Assembly: GCF_003918875.1 (NCBI RefSeq)
Contig: NW_025767261.1
Span: 558,001-622,000, forward strand
Length of the DNA stretch: 64,000 nucleotides
Source: Haliotis rubra
Lineage: Eukaryota
Reading direction: 5' to 3'
Made by a program: the position numbers and the translations under genes. Positions 24,880 to 39,800 of the stretch are shown one piece after another; position 1 is the first letter of the stretch; each line of letters begins with the position of its first letter. A model generated the notes under the pieces. That model had not been told where the DNA came from. It saw only the letters and a list, made by a program, of their open reading frames with translations, and ran no database searches.

Positions 24880-27800
24880 ATGACAGTGGGTCGGCCTCGG
24901 AATAACTCAAGTATGGCAGGAGCTAATAGTAGTGGCACAAAGTCCAGCAATGTCAAGGTTGTCGTGAGAGTTAGGCCAGAAAATGTCGCAGAGAAGGCTG
25001 GACCATTTGATGTGGTTGTTCGGGACATGAATGAACATGTGTTGGCCTTTGATCCCAAGGAGAGCAACTCACCTGTGCGTGGATTCCGCAGGCAACCAAG
25101 AGATATCCGGAAACGCCGGAATAAAGATCTAAAATTTGCCTTTGACTTTGTCTTTGGACCATGTGCAACCAATGCGGAGGTGTACGAGCACACAACAAAG
25201 GGGATCCTGGACGGCCTCCTGGAGGGTTACAACTGTTCAGGTAGATGTCTTGGCCAGCATTGCTATACTTTCAAATTCTAATCGTCCTGCTGATTGTGAA
25301 TATCCCATAAATATGTCCAGCACATAGATGAGCCAATATTACATACTGTGGGGTCCATGAGTCTTCTTGAGAGGAGAAGTTTCCAGTATGTTTCTGTGTT
25401 TGTTATGAGTGGTGGGTCTGATGACTCTGATGTTGGTGTGTTTCAGTGTTTGCCTATGGGGCTACAGGGGCTGGTAAGACACACACCATGCTGGGGAGTG
25501 AGACCCATCCCGGGGTCATGTACCACACCCTGGTGTCATGTACCACCCTGGTGTCATGTATGTTGGTGTGTTTCAGTGTGTTTGCCATGCTGAGTACACA
25601 CCCTGGGGAGTGAGACCCATCCCGGGGTCATGTACCACACCCTGGTGTCATGTACCACCCTGGTGTCATGTATGTTGGTGTGTTTCAGTGTTTGCCTATG
25701 GGGCAACAGGGGCTGGTAAGACACACACCATGCTGGGGAGTGAGACCCATCCCGGGGTCATGTACCACCCTGGTGTCATGTACCACACCCTGGTGTCATG
25801 TACCACCCTGGTGTCATGTATGTTGGTGTGTTTCAGTGTTTGCCTATGGGGCTACAGGGGCTGGTAAGACACACACCATGCTGGGGAGTGAGACCCATCC
25901 CGGGGTCATGTACCACACAATGATTGACTTGTATGAGAGGATTGCCAACCTCAAGGATGAGAAGACATGTGATGTGGCCATCTCCTATCTTGAGGTATGG
26001 AACTGGATATTGACTGGACTTTAGGATATGTATTTTGAGCACCTGCTTGAGGACAAGTTCTGTGCCTTCCAGCAAGAGACTATTAACCAGCTTTTCCTTG
26101 TATTTACAGCTTGTGCCCTTTTCTTGAGATTGAGCTTAATGTATTCCTGTAGATCTTGATGTACATATGCCATTTTAATAGGTGTTGATGCAACATATTC
26201 TATCTTCCCGGGCCTAGATTTTCAAAGCTCTCTTAGAGCTAAGATATTCGTTAGTAATGTTAATGTATGGCACTTAGTGACTTATGACTATTGTAGCGCT
26301 AAGAGAGCTTCGAAGATCTAAGCCCTGCTTCTGTCCATGTTACATGTATGTTTTACATCTACTATATTCAGGGGCGGTGGGGTAGCCTAGTGGTTAAAGG
26401 GTTGGCTTGTCACACCAAAGATCTGGGATCGATTCCCACATCGGTACATATGTGAAGCCCATTTGTGGTGTTCCCCGTCGTGATATTGCTGGAATATTGC
26501 TAAAAGCGGTTTAAAACCATACTCACTCACTCACTCTACTATATTCTATCCGGTTTTGATCCAGAATCTACTATGTTCCTGAAGGTGTCAAGGAAGGATA
26601 TTATATATACTACCTTCCTTCAGTGACTGAACAAACACATGCGCTGTATTCCTTCAGGGGTTGTTTCAACGTATATACTTTTTATTCCTGCGGATGGTGA
26701 TGTTGCTGCAGCATGTTACCATGTTACAGTAGATGTGAACTCAGCACATACTGTCTTCCTACAGGTGTACAATGAGCAGATCCAAGACCTGCTGCTGCCC
26801 CGAGGGAGTCTGCCGATCAGGGAGGATCCTAAGAGTGGGGTAATTGTGCCGGGACTGTCGCTGCACAAGGTAATACTTCTTGTGATGTGAGTGGTGTGAT
26901 GGTTGTTCCATTGTTCATATTATGTGATAGCTGCCTGTAACCATGATGATGTGGCACGTGTCAGTTATTGTGATGTAATGTGTGATGTAACCTTGATGTG
27001 ACATGTGTTAGTTGCCATGTTGCCGCACATGTGTGTACAATAGTTATCATGGTAATGTGACACGTGTAATATTTCCCATGATGTGACACTTGAACAGTTC
27101 CCTTCTGTGTCAAATGTTTGACAGCTTGCTGTTTATATGAAACATTTGTGAGTTTGCTGTTGTTTAGATGCGCATTGTGTTTCATTCTGTGAAACACGTA
27201 TGGCAATTTGTAGGTGATGTGACACATGTGACAGTTCCCTGTTGTGACAATATGCTGGTGATCTGACAAATGTGACAGTTCCCTGTTGTGACAATATGCT
27301 TGTGATGTGACACATGTGACAGTTCCCTGTTGTGACAATATGCTGGTGATCTGACACATGTGACAGTTCCCTGTTGTGACAATATGCTGGTGATCTGACA
27401 CATGTGACAGTTCCCTGTTGTGACAACATGCTTGTGATGTGACACATGTGACAGTTCCCTGTTGTGACAACATGCTTGTGATGTGACACATGTGACAGTT
27501 CACTGTTGTGACAATATGCTGGTGATCTGACAAATGTGACAGTTCCCTGTTGTGACAATATGCTGGTGGTGTGACATGTGACTGTTCCATGTTGTGACAG
27601 TATGCTTGTGATGTGACACATGTGACAGTTCCCTGTTGTGACAATATGCTGGTGATCTGACAAATGTGACAGTTCCCTGTTGTGACAATATGCTGGTGAT
27701 GTGACAAATGTGACAGTTCCCTGTTGTGACAATATGCTGGTGATGTGACATGTGACTGTTCCCTGTTGTGACAATATGCTTGGTGATGTGACACATGTGA

Positions 27801-30800
27801 CAGTTCCCTGTTGTGACAATATGCTTGTGATGTGACACATGTGACAGTTCCCTGTTGTGACAATATGCTGGTGATGTGACACATGTGACAGTTCCCTGTT
27901 GTGACAATATGCTGGTGATGTGACACATGTGACAGTTCCCTGTTGTGACAATATGCTTGTGATGTGACACATGTGACAGTTCCCTGTTGTGACAATATGC
28001 TTGTGATGTGACACATGTGACAGTTCACTGTTGTGACAATATGCTGGTGATCTGACAAATGTGACAGTTCCCTGTTGTGACAATATGCTGGTGATGTGAC
28101 ATGTGACTGTTCCATGTTGTGACAGTATGCTGGTGATGTAAGACACATGTGACAGTTCCCTATTGTGACAATATGCTGGTGATGTGACACATGTGACAGT
28201 TCCCTGTTGTGACAATATGCTTGTGATGTGACATGTGACAGTTCCCTGTTGTGACAATATGCTGGTGATGTGACATGTGACAGTTCCCTGTTGTGGCAAT
28301 ATGCTGGTGAGGTGGCATGTGACAGTTCCTTGTTATGACAATATGCTTTTGATGTGACACATGTGACAGTTCCCTGTTGTGGCAATATGCTAGTGATGTG
28401 ATATGTGACAGTTCCCTGTTGTGGCAATATCCTGGTGATGTGACATGTGACTGTTCCATGTTGTGACAATATGCTGGTGATGTGACGTGTGACTGTTCCC
28501 TGTTGTGACAATATGCTTGTGATGTGACACATGTGACAGTTCACTGTTGTGACAATATGCTGGTGATGTGAAACATGTGACAGTTCCCTGTTGTGGCAAT
28601 ATGCTGGTGATGTGACATGTGACAGTTCCCTGTTGTGACAATATGCTGGTGATGTGACATGTGACAGTTCCATTGTTGTGACAATATGCTGGTGATGTGA
28701 CACATGTGACAGTTCCTTGTTGTGGCAATATGCTGGTGATGTGACACATGTGACAGTTCCCTGTTGTGACAATATGCTGGTGATGTGACATGTGACAGTT
28801 CCATGTTGTGACAATGACATGTGACAGTTCCATGTTGTGACAATATGGTGATGTGACACATGTGACAGTTCCATGTTGTGACAATATGCTGGTGATGTGA
28901 CACATGTGACAGTTCCCTGTTGTGACAATATGCTGGTGATGTGACATGTGACAGTTCCTGTTGTGACAATATGCTGGTGATGTGACACATGTGACAGTTC
29001 CATGTTGTGACAATATGCTGGCATGTGATGTGACACATGTGACAGTTCCCTGTTGTGGCAATATGCTGGTGATGTGACATGACAGTGACATGTTGTGACA
29101 ATATGTTGACCAGTTCCCTGTTGTGACAATATGCTGGTGATGTGACACATGTGACAGTTCCATGTTATGACAATATACTTGTGATGTGACATGTGACAGT
29201 TCCATGTTGTGACAATATGCTGGTGATGTGACATGTGACAGTTCCATGTTGTGACAATATGCTGGTGATGTGACATGTGACAGTTCCATGTTGTGACAAT
29301 ATGCTGTTGTGATGTGACACATGTGACAGTTCCATGTTGTGACAATATGCTTGTGATGTGACACATGTGACAGTTCCATGTTGTGACAATATGCTGGTGA
29401 TGTGACACATGTGACAGTTCCATGTTGTGACAATATGCTGGTGATGTGACATGTGACAGTTCCATGTTGTGACAATATGCTGGTGATGTGACATGTGACA
29501 GTTCCATGTTGTGACAATATGCTTGTGATGTGACACATGTGACAGTTCCCTGTTGTGACAATATGCTTGACAATATGCTGGTGATGTGACACATGTGACT
29601 GTTCCCTGTTGTGACAATATGCTGGTGATGTGACATGTGACTGTTCCCTGTTGTGACAATATGCTGGTGATGTGACATGTGACTGTTCCCTGTTGTGACA
29701 ATATGCTGGTGATGTGACACATGTGACAGTTCCCTGTTGTGGCAATATGCTGGTGATGTGACACATGTGACAGTTCCCTGTTGTGACAATATGCTGGTGA
29801 AATGCCTAGTGGTTAAAGCGTTTGCTTGTCACGCTGAAAACCCGGGTTCGATTCCCCACATGGGCACAATGTGTGAAGCCCATTTCTGGTGTCCCCCGCC
29901 GTGATATTGCTGGAATATTGCTAAAAGTGGCGTAAAACTAAACTCAGTCAGTCAGACAATATGCTGGTGATGTGACACATGTGACTGTTCCCTGTTGTGT
30001 GACAATATGCTTGTAATGTGACACATGTGACAGTTCCCTGTTGTGTGACAATATGCTTGTAATGTGACACATGTGAACAATATGCTTGTAATGTGACACA
30101 TGTGACAGTTCCCTGTTGTGTGACAATATGCTTGTAATGTGACACATGTGACAGTTCCCTGTTGTGTGACAATATGCTTGTAATGTGACACATGTGACAG
30201 TTCCCTGTTGTGTGACAATATGCTTGTAATGTGACACATGTGACAGTTCCCTATTGTGACAATATTCTGTGATCTGCTTTCAGCCGAAGAACGCGGAGGA
30301 GCTGCTGTACATGCTCCAGTTTGGCAACAAGAACAGATCCCAGCACCCAACTGACGCTAACGCAGAGTCATCACGGTCTCATGCCGTCTTCCAGGTGACA
30401 GTGTACTCAAGATGGACTGTTTGTAAATACTAAAGATAATAAAGTGTGGTGCAGTGTAGCATACCAGTGATATCAAGCCACACCAAGTTCATTTCAGGAT
30501 GAATTCAACAATGATCACTATATTAGTGTTGGGAAATGGTTGAAATCTCACAACTGATGATTGCTTCATTACCCACAAACATTCATCAAAAAAAATTGTT
30601 AGCGTCATTTTTCATATTTTCCTATCCAGGTTGTTATTGCATGTATAACATGATGCAATTTGCTACTTTAAAGTGATGACTAATATATCATGAACATAAA
30701 CTTCCTTGAGTCTTTAAGAAATATTCAGTCATGACTTTTCAGTTAGTGAAAAAATATTTTCAGGCCCTGACAACTTCGAAGATATGTTCTATCGTCAAAT

Positions 30801-33800
30801 GTTTGAAAGACTAAAACAGTAGTTCCAAAATCTTTTGCGTTCGATTATTAGAAAATGAGATCGATTGCTTGGTGGTTTGGTCACTGCGACCAATCTTCGA
30901 TTATTTCAATTGGTTGGAACACCTCTAGTGTATATAACCCTGAAAACGAACTTGGTGTGTCGACCTCGTTATACCCCTTTCCTTTTATATAGTACTAAGA
31001 CCCCGTCAGTGATGCCTTGATGGCAGTTTTTAGCATTACAAGCCCGTGTCACCATCATCATACTGCCCCCTGTGGATGGTGATATGCCACTTTGACAGAG
31101 TTGGATATGTCAAAAATGACAGTGATTACACCAGGTGTGCCTCAGAAACAATCTTATAACTTTCACATTCTATCCACTTGAACATTCTATGTTAGATGGG
31201 ATTTTTGTTCTAATCTTTCCCAATCTTCTGCGTGCAGGTTTTTGTTCGACAAAAAGATCGCACAGCCAACATATCTACTGAGGTGAAGGTTGCCAAGATG
31301 TGTCTGGTTGACTTGGCAGGGTCGGAGAGAGCAACGGTCACAAAAAATCGAGGGGCAAGATTCCGAGAGGGAGCTAACATCAACAGATCTCTGCTGGCAC
31401 TAGGGAATGTCATCAACGCTCTCGCTGAGAACAAGGTCAGTCCTACAGGTGTCACTGGCTGCAAGATATATCATTGATATGATGATTCATTAGTAGTCTG
31501 AGTGAGTGAGTGAGTGAGTTTGGTTTTACGCCGCTTTTAGCAATATTCCAGCAATATCACGGGGGGAAACCAGAAATGGGCTTCACACATTGTACCCATG
31601 GGGAAATTGAACCTGGGTCTTCTTTTGTTGGGTTGGGCGCGGGGACAGAGCGAACACATTAACCACTAGACGACCCCACTGCCCCCACAGCAGCTGGTGG
31701 ATTCATACTTTAAGTGAACTGGGTTCCTCCACTTGTCAAAACCCATTGAACTTCAATCAGTTAACCTCTTTATAACAGGTATAATTAAACCTTACGTACA
31801 CCTAATTTACACCAGTGACTCATTTCTTCCAGAATAAAGGCCACATTCCTTACCGAGACAGCAAGTTGACCCGACTCCTGAAAGACTCCCTGGGAGGCAA
31901 CTGTCGGACTGTCATGATTGCAGCAGTCAGGTAGGCAGAACACCCTTGCACTAGTCCCAGGGAGAGCAGACCCCCTGGTCCAGCTTTGATATTATGACAT
32001 AACTCTGGTCCTTCAGTACTGTCATGAGGCTAACACTGATAGATTGTGTTTAACATGTGCAACATTGGAACATTTCATGTAGCCGTATCTATTACTGTTC
32101 AGTGAAAACATACATATGAATGTTAGGATCAGCTGAGAGTTCAGAATGTGACAGGGGGAAGATAGATGAGGCATCTTGCTTACATTCTGCTTCTGTTTTG
32201 TCAGTCCTTCCAGCATGTCGTATGAGGACACTTACAACACCCTGAAGTACGCCGACAGGGCCAAGCACATCCGTGCCATGGTGAGTTGACCACCTGGACA
32301 ATATACATCCAGTACATGTTCTTAGAGTGACCAGTTGTTGATGCCAATTGGGGGTGGTGGGATTATGGTTAAGCTCATGCCACTTGTTCATGCCTTTAAA
32401 TGATCCCCGAGGACAGGACACCTTTCTCAAAGTATATTGCAGCACTCTGTACACATGGTTTATTGCACATTGTCTACTGCACATTGTCTACTGCACATTA
32501 TATACTGCACATTGTAATCATCAGTTGTCTGTCTGTCTGTTCCCCAGCTGAAGAAGAACATCCTAAATGTTGATTTCCACGTGTCCCGGTATGGCCAGAT
32601 CGTGGAGGACCTGCGTAATGAGGTGAGAGTAGCCAATACTTGCATCAATGTAGAGTAGCCTCCTTTTAGTGTAGCAGGATCCGCTGACTGTCATTGCTAT
32701 GATCCTTGGTTTGTCAGTGCCACAATCATGTGTTCACCAAAGTGAAGGTCCACAGTCTGGACTCCTGAATCAAACTTTCTCGTAAGGATGATTGCTGAAG
32801 TATGTTCTCTGTTGCTGAGATGAAACGAGGCCCTGAACTCCTGAATCAAATTCAAGGATGATTGCTGAAATATGTTCTCTGTTGCTGAAATTAAGCAATT
32901 CATTTTGTCAATCAGTCCACCATTCCATGCCCAGAAATGAAGAGCAAATAGGTTTTCCTGGGCAGCTGACTGTGATGAGCAGAAGACAAGGTGATTTTGT
33001 CATTAACATACAGTCCATGAGAATATACCCTTGCATCGAAAGCAGATACTGACATCTATATCACAAATATCTCCAATGACCGTGTGCAGTATGTATGGTC
33101 TGACACAGTATGACAACTCTTGTGTTGTGTTATACTCATGTTATCTGTCTGCTACTCACAGATCGGGGAGTTGAAGTCAAGGCTACAGCTGTATGATGAA
33201 GGGAAGATTGGGTCGTCACGGCGACAGTCAGCTGTCAATGAGGAACACAGGTGAACATTTAGTTGGTTCCACTCTTATTTTTCATTGGTAAAGTTGGGAT
33301 CAGGTGTACTTGCAAATATCCATTGTACATATTAGGGGTGTCACGATACACCAATCTCACGATACGATACGTATCACGATTTTAAGGTCACGGTACGATA
33401 CGTATCGCAATACATAATTTTCGCGCCTTTTCATAGCATTACCTTACCGGCAACGTACGCGCTCGCTGATTGGTCCATCAAAATAGTCTAGCCAATCACA
33501 AAAGCTGTTAGTTTCCAACCTATTTTTTAAGTAAAGCTAGCTACATCTATTTATCGGAGCGGTCTCGTATAATTTTACTATCAATACTTTGAAGGAGATG
33601 GATATAGCATAAACATTTGAATCGATAAAGTTTTAAAATAGGAATCGATACACGCAAGCATGTATTGCGTATCGTATCGTCAGTAAAAATGTATCGATGC
33701 ATCGATACATTCGCGTATCGCGACACCCCTAGTACATATCAGGTACTTATCACTTTCTTTTTGGACTACATTTACAAAACTCTCAAAGGCTATCTATCGT

Positions 33801-36800
33801 CATCCTAAAGTGATGATCCTAACAATAGGATGGAAGATGAGAAATAGAAGAATTGGCAGAATTACCTACACTTAACGTCTACTGGAAAACAAACAAGTAA
33901 CTGAGTATACAGTTTATTGTGCCCATATGGTTTTGTTACACACAGCTTGTAACTGAGCTTATAGGTGTACAACTGTTCTGTGCATCTCATTGTATGTAAA
34001 GCTGATTGGTGTACACCTGGTGATTTGTACAGTCTATTGTTTTACAGCTGTGATCTGTACAGTCTATTGTTTTACAGCTGTGATCTGTACAGTCTATCGT
34101 TTTACAGCTGTGATCTGTACAGTCTATTGTTTTACAGCTGTGATCTGTACAGTCTATTGTTTTACAGCTGTGATCTGTACAGTCTATTGTTTTACAGCTG
34201 TGATCTGTACAGTCTATTGTTTTACAGCTGTGATCTGTACAGTCTATTGTTTTACAGCTGTGATCTGTACAGTCTATTGTTTTACAGCTGTGATCTGTAC
34301 AGTCTATTGTTTAACAGCTGTGATCTGTACAGTCTATTGTTTTACAGCTGTGATCTGTACAGTCTATTGTTTTACAGCTGTGATCTGTACAGTCTATTGT
34401 TTTACAGCTGTGATCTGTACAGTCTATTGTTTTACAGCTGTGATCTGTACAGTCTGTTGCTTTACAGCTGTGATCTGTACAGTCTATTGTTTTACAGCTG
34501 TGATCTGTACAGTCTATTGTTTGTGCAGATCATGATCCATACATGATGGTAAGTCCAGGTAGTTGTAAAGTGGTGGCTCGATGAAGTGAATTCTTTGCTG
34601 AAGGTATGAATTCAGAACACCAACAACAGAACTATTTGGTTTCCAATGTTGAGCTGTACCTTATCCCTCAAACAGACTGAGTGCAATCCTGGAGAACATC
34701 TTCGAGGCTCGGCTGGACGTGCGACGTGAGCAACTACAGGTGGAGTGTGTATATCGGGACTTGCTGTGGAAGATCGGACGCAAACAGAGATGTCTTCATC
34801 GACTGCGCATCATCTCCAGTGCTTCACAGGGCCAGGTGGGTGGTTGTACACTGAAGGGATGTGGTTGTCACTCGGTACCAAGGACATGTAAAACAGTAAA
34901 CTATGGTTGTCCCATGCATGGTCAGACCTGGTCATTTTGTTGATACCATGTGCTATGTGTTGATACCATGTGCTATGTGTTGATACCATGTGCTATGTGT
35001 TGATCCCCAGGTTGAAACTAAAAAGTTAACCAGGAATCAATCTGTAAAAGAACTAGATGTAAAAACAACAAAGAAATGTGCTGTAATTAACATTTGTATT
35101 CTGAAAGAAACAAAGTTCACAAATCAATACAAAGGTATGGCTAATACAACACAAGAGAAGTGATGATAACAATAAAGTAGATGATGGTTATATTTACATT
35201 ACAGTTACTGAGTAATGGTAATCCAAATTCTGAAATTAGGTCAAGGCAGTGTATCCCAGGGTGTAGATTGATCTCATACAAAATGTTGGACCTCTTGTGG
35301 CCTGAGATGTGATGTGAGATGATAGGGAAGAGTTAACTTTGTTAAATATCTAAGAAATAGATGCTACAAAACTGTAGATTCAGTAAGGGACAATTTTGTA
35401 CTATATTTAGACTGGATTTAGACAGAATGATCTGGAGATTGCTACAACAAGCTTATTCTAGAATCCTGTTCCTCAGAGAGTATTGTGGAAGTACAATGTA
35501 CAAAAGTTGAAACAGTGTTGCACAGGGTATATAACACTGCCTCATAGCACAAGTCAGTGCACCTGATGCACTGATCGAGACTTCAGGGTAAATAACATTC
35601 ACTCATTCATTCACTGGATCCTGGTGGCATGCAACATTTCACCTGATGTGTACACCTGAAGGTGTTGCTGATGGTTGTCGTGTTGCTGATGGTTGAATGT
35701 ACACCTGAAGGTGTTGCTGATGGTTGTCGTGTTGCTCATAGTTGAATGTACACCTGAAGGTGTTGCTGATGGTTGTGTTGCTCATAGTTGTATGTACACC
35801 TTAAGGTGTTGCTGATGGTTGTCGTGTTGCTCATGGTTGATTGTACACCTGAAGGTGTTTGCTGATGATTGTATATGTTGCTGTAGGTTGATTGTGCACC
35901 TGAAGGTTTAGCTGGTTGATGAATGTACACCTGAAGGTGTTGCTGATGGTTGTCGTGTTGCTCATGGTTGAATGTACAACTGAAGGTGTTTGCTGATGAT
36001 TGTATATGTTTCTGTAGGTTGATTGTGCACCTGAAGGTGTAGCTGGTTGATGAATGTACACCAGAAGGTGTTGCTGATGGTTGTCGTGTTGCTCATGGTT
36101 GAATGTACAACTGAAGGTGTTTGCTGATGATTGTATATGTTTCTGTAGGTTGATTGTGCACCTGAAGGTGTAGATGGTTGATGAATGTACACCAGAAGGT
36201 GTTGCTGATGGTTGTTGTGTTCCTCATGGTTGAATGTACAACTGAAGGTGTTTGCTGATGATTGTATATGTTTCTGTAGGTTGATTGTGCACCTGAAGGT
36301 GTAGCTGGTTGATGAATGTACACCAGAAGGTGTTGCTGATGGTGTCGTGTTGCTCATGGTTGAATGTACAACTGAAGGTGTTTGTTGATGATTGTATATG
36401 TTTCTGTAGGTTGATTGTGCACCTGAAGGTGTAGCTGGTTGATGAATGTACACCAGAAGGTGTTGCTGATGGTTGTTGTGTTGCTCATGGTTGAATGTAC
36501 AACTGAAGGTGTTTGCTGATGATTGTATATGTTTCTGTAGATTGATTGTGCACCTGAAGGTGTAGCTGGTTGATGAATGTACACCAGAAGGTGTTGCTGA
36601 TGGTTGTCGTGTTGCTCATGGTTGAATGTACAACTGAAGGTGTTTGCTGATGATTGTATATGTTTCTGTAGGTTGATTGTGCACCTGAAGGTGTAGCTGG
36701 TTGATGAATGTACACCTGAAGGTGTTGCTGATGGTTGTCGTGTTACTCATAGTTGAATGTATACATGAAGGCATTTGTTGATGATTGTATATGTTGCTGT

Positions 36801-39800
36801 AGGTTGATTGTGCACCTAAAGGTGTAGCTGGTTGATGAATGTACACCTGAAGGTGTTGCTGATGGTTGTCGTGTTGCTCATAGTTGAATGTATACCTGAA
36901 GGTGTTTGCTGATGATTGTATATGTTTCTGTAGGTTGATTGTGCACCTGAAGGTGTTGCTGATGGTTGTCGTATTGCTCATGGTTGAATGTACACCTGAA
37001 GGTGTTCCTGATGGTTGTCATGTTGCTGTAGGTTGATTGTGCACCTGAGTGTGTTGCTGATTGATGAATGTACTCTTGAAGGTGTTGCTGATGGTTGAAT
37101 GTATACCTGTGTGTTGCAGGTGTGTGAACGAGTGGAGCGCAGTCTCAAGTCCCTCCAGGGTAAACTTGAGGCAGTGAGCAAGAAACGAGATGCAGCTGAA
37201 GTGAAGCTGGCTGCCAACCAAGACTGGCTGAACAGAGTCCACTCAGAGATGTGCCTGGCTGGAGGAGACAACACCATGCCAGAGGTAGGTCCCCATGTTG
37301 CTCACCCATCTACCTACCCAGTGTTCTGCATAATGTTCTGCTGTGTGACAGTGTTCTATATAATGTTCTGCCATGTGACAGTGTTCTGCATAATGTTCTG
37401 CTGTGTGACAGTGTTCTATATAATGTTCTGCTGTGACAGTGTTCTGCATAATGTTCTGCTGTGTGACAGTGTTCAACATAATGTTCTGCCATGTGACAGT
37501 GTTCTGCATAATGTTCTGCTGTGTGACAGTGTTCTATATAATGTTCTGCTGTGACAGTGTTCTGCATAATGTCTCTGTTCTGCATAATGTGCTGTGTGAG
37601 TGTTCTATATAATGTTCTGCTGTGACAGTGTTCTGCATAATGTTCTGCCATGTGACAGTGTTCTATATAATGTTCTGCTGTGACAGTGTTCTGCATAATG
37701 TTCTGCTGTGTGACAGTGTTCTGCATAATGTTCTGTGTGCTCGTGTTCTGCGTAATGTTCTGCTGTGTGCTCGTGTTCAACATAATGTTCTGCTGTGTGA
37801 CAGTGTTCTACATAATGTTCTGCTGTGTTCAGCTGCTGTGTGTGAGTCTGAGGATGCACAACCTGGAGGTGGAGGTGAGGGACAGCAGACATCACACCAA
37901 GCACCTGCAGAAGCTGATACGCTCCCAGGAGAAGGAGACAACCACCACTGACCAGTATGTGTACACTCACAATGTTCTTGGAAGCACGATGAGGGTGTTC
38001 TGTAATGGTCTTGGGAATTACAGTTTTTCAATAAATTATTCCGTTTCAATGATTACTGGTACTACTTTTCATTGTTTGGTCTTAAAGTATATCACCCCTG
38101 TGGTGATATGGAATGAGAAGTCGCACAACTTCATCCATCCATCCACCATCCATCCACCCACACCCCCACACCCAATCCATATCCAAACACCCACACNNNN
38201 NNNNNNNNNNNNNNNNNNNNNNNNNNNNNNNNNNNNNNNNNNNNNNNNNNNNNNNNNNNNNNNNNNNNNNNNNNNNNNNNNNNNNNNNNNNNNNNNNNNN
38301 NNNNNNNNNNNNNNNNNNNNNNNNNNNNNCAATCAATCATCCATCTACCCACCCACCCATCATCTAGCCCAGCCAGCCAGCCACCCATCCATCATCATCC
38401 ATCCATCATCCATTCACCCATCCATCATCCATCCACCCACCCACCCACCCACCCATTAACCATCCACCCACCCACCAATCATCCATCGTTCAGCCACCCA
38501 CCCATCATCCTCCACCCACCCATCAAACATTCATCCACCCACCCATCATTCATCTACGCACCCTACCACCCATCATCCATCCATCAGCCACCCACCCACT
38601 CATCATCCATCCATCAGCCATCCACCCTTCATCCATCCATCCATCCATCCACTCACCCACCCACCCATCATCCATCCACCCATCATCCCTCTACCCACCC
38701 ACTCACCTATCATCCATCCACAGACCCATTATCCATCCACTCACCCATCATTTATCCACCCATCCATCCCTCAGCCACCTACCCATCATCCATCTGCCCA
38801 CCCATCATCCATCCGCCTACCCATCATCCATCCACCCAGCCATCATCCATCCAACCACCCACCCATCATCCATCCACCACCCAGCCATCACCACCCACCC
38901 ACCCATCATCCTTCCACTCACCACCCACCCACCCATCATCCATCCACCCACCCTTCATCCATCCAACCACCCACACATCATCCANNNNNNNNNNNNNNNN
39001 NNNNNNNNNNNNNNNNNNNNNNNNNNNNNNNNNNNNNNNNNNNNNNNNNNNNNNNNNNNNNNNNNNNNNNNNNNNNNNNNNNNNNNNNNNNNNNNNNNNN
39101 NNNNNNNNNNNNNNNNNNNNNNNNNNNNNNNNNNNNNNNNNNNNNNNNNNNNNNNNNNNNNNNNNNNNNNNNNNNNNNNNNNNNNNCCACCCACCCATCA
39201 TCCGTCCACCCACCCACCATCAATCTGTGATAATGTTTGTCACATTGTTATGTCTCTCCCATCTAGACTGGTGACCAACCTGCTGGCTCTTGTGCGCAAG
39301 CAACATTATATACTGAAGGGACACAACCTTGCCACAACTGACCTCTTGGAGGAGTTTGATGTAATATCACAGTCCGTGGATGGTCGAGAGGTGACGTGGG
39401 ATGATGAGATGCCCAGCGATGGCACCAGTGTCCCCATCAACGACATCATCTCACTCCCACTACTCAGATCGGTGTTAGATGGAGGTGAGTCCAAAGTCCT
39501 CTTTGTTACATTGTAGGAGCAATGTTGCTATAGGGTTTTAAACAGAGCTCCAAACTTCTCACATCATGAGTTGTGTGTTAATACTGTAGATGCTTCAGCC
39601 TCATATCTGTTGTATTCTTACATCTTCTGGTGTCCCCCGCCGTGATATTGCTGGAATATTGCTAAAAACGGCGTAAAACCATACTCACTCACTCACTCTT
39701 ACATCTTCTTGTTTCAGATTCTTCTGGCAGTCACCTGAGACAGAGACACACATCGGGGGACCCAGGGAAGTTGGAACTGGCAAACACTGGTGGGTTAATG

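Noticed and set aside
26371-26450. tRNA gene
   Set aside because: A/B boxes continue into a repeated SINE body and TCAC tail found many times in the window.
26961-29789. 942-aa and other long ORFs over the 44-bp array
   Set aside because: Translations of an intronic satellite on the antisense strand of KIF18, open in several frames only because the unit lacks stops.
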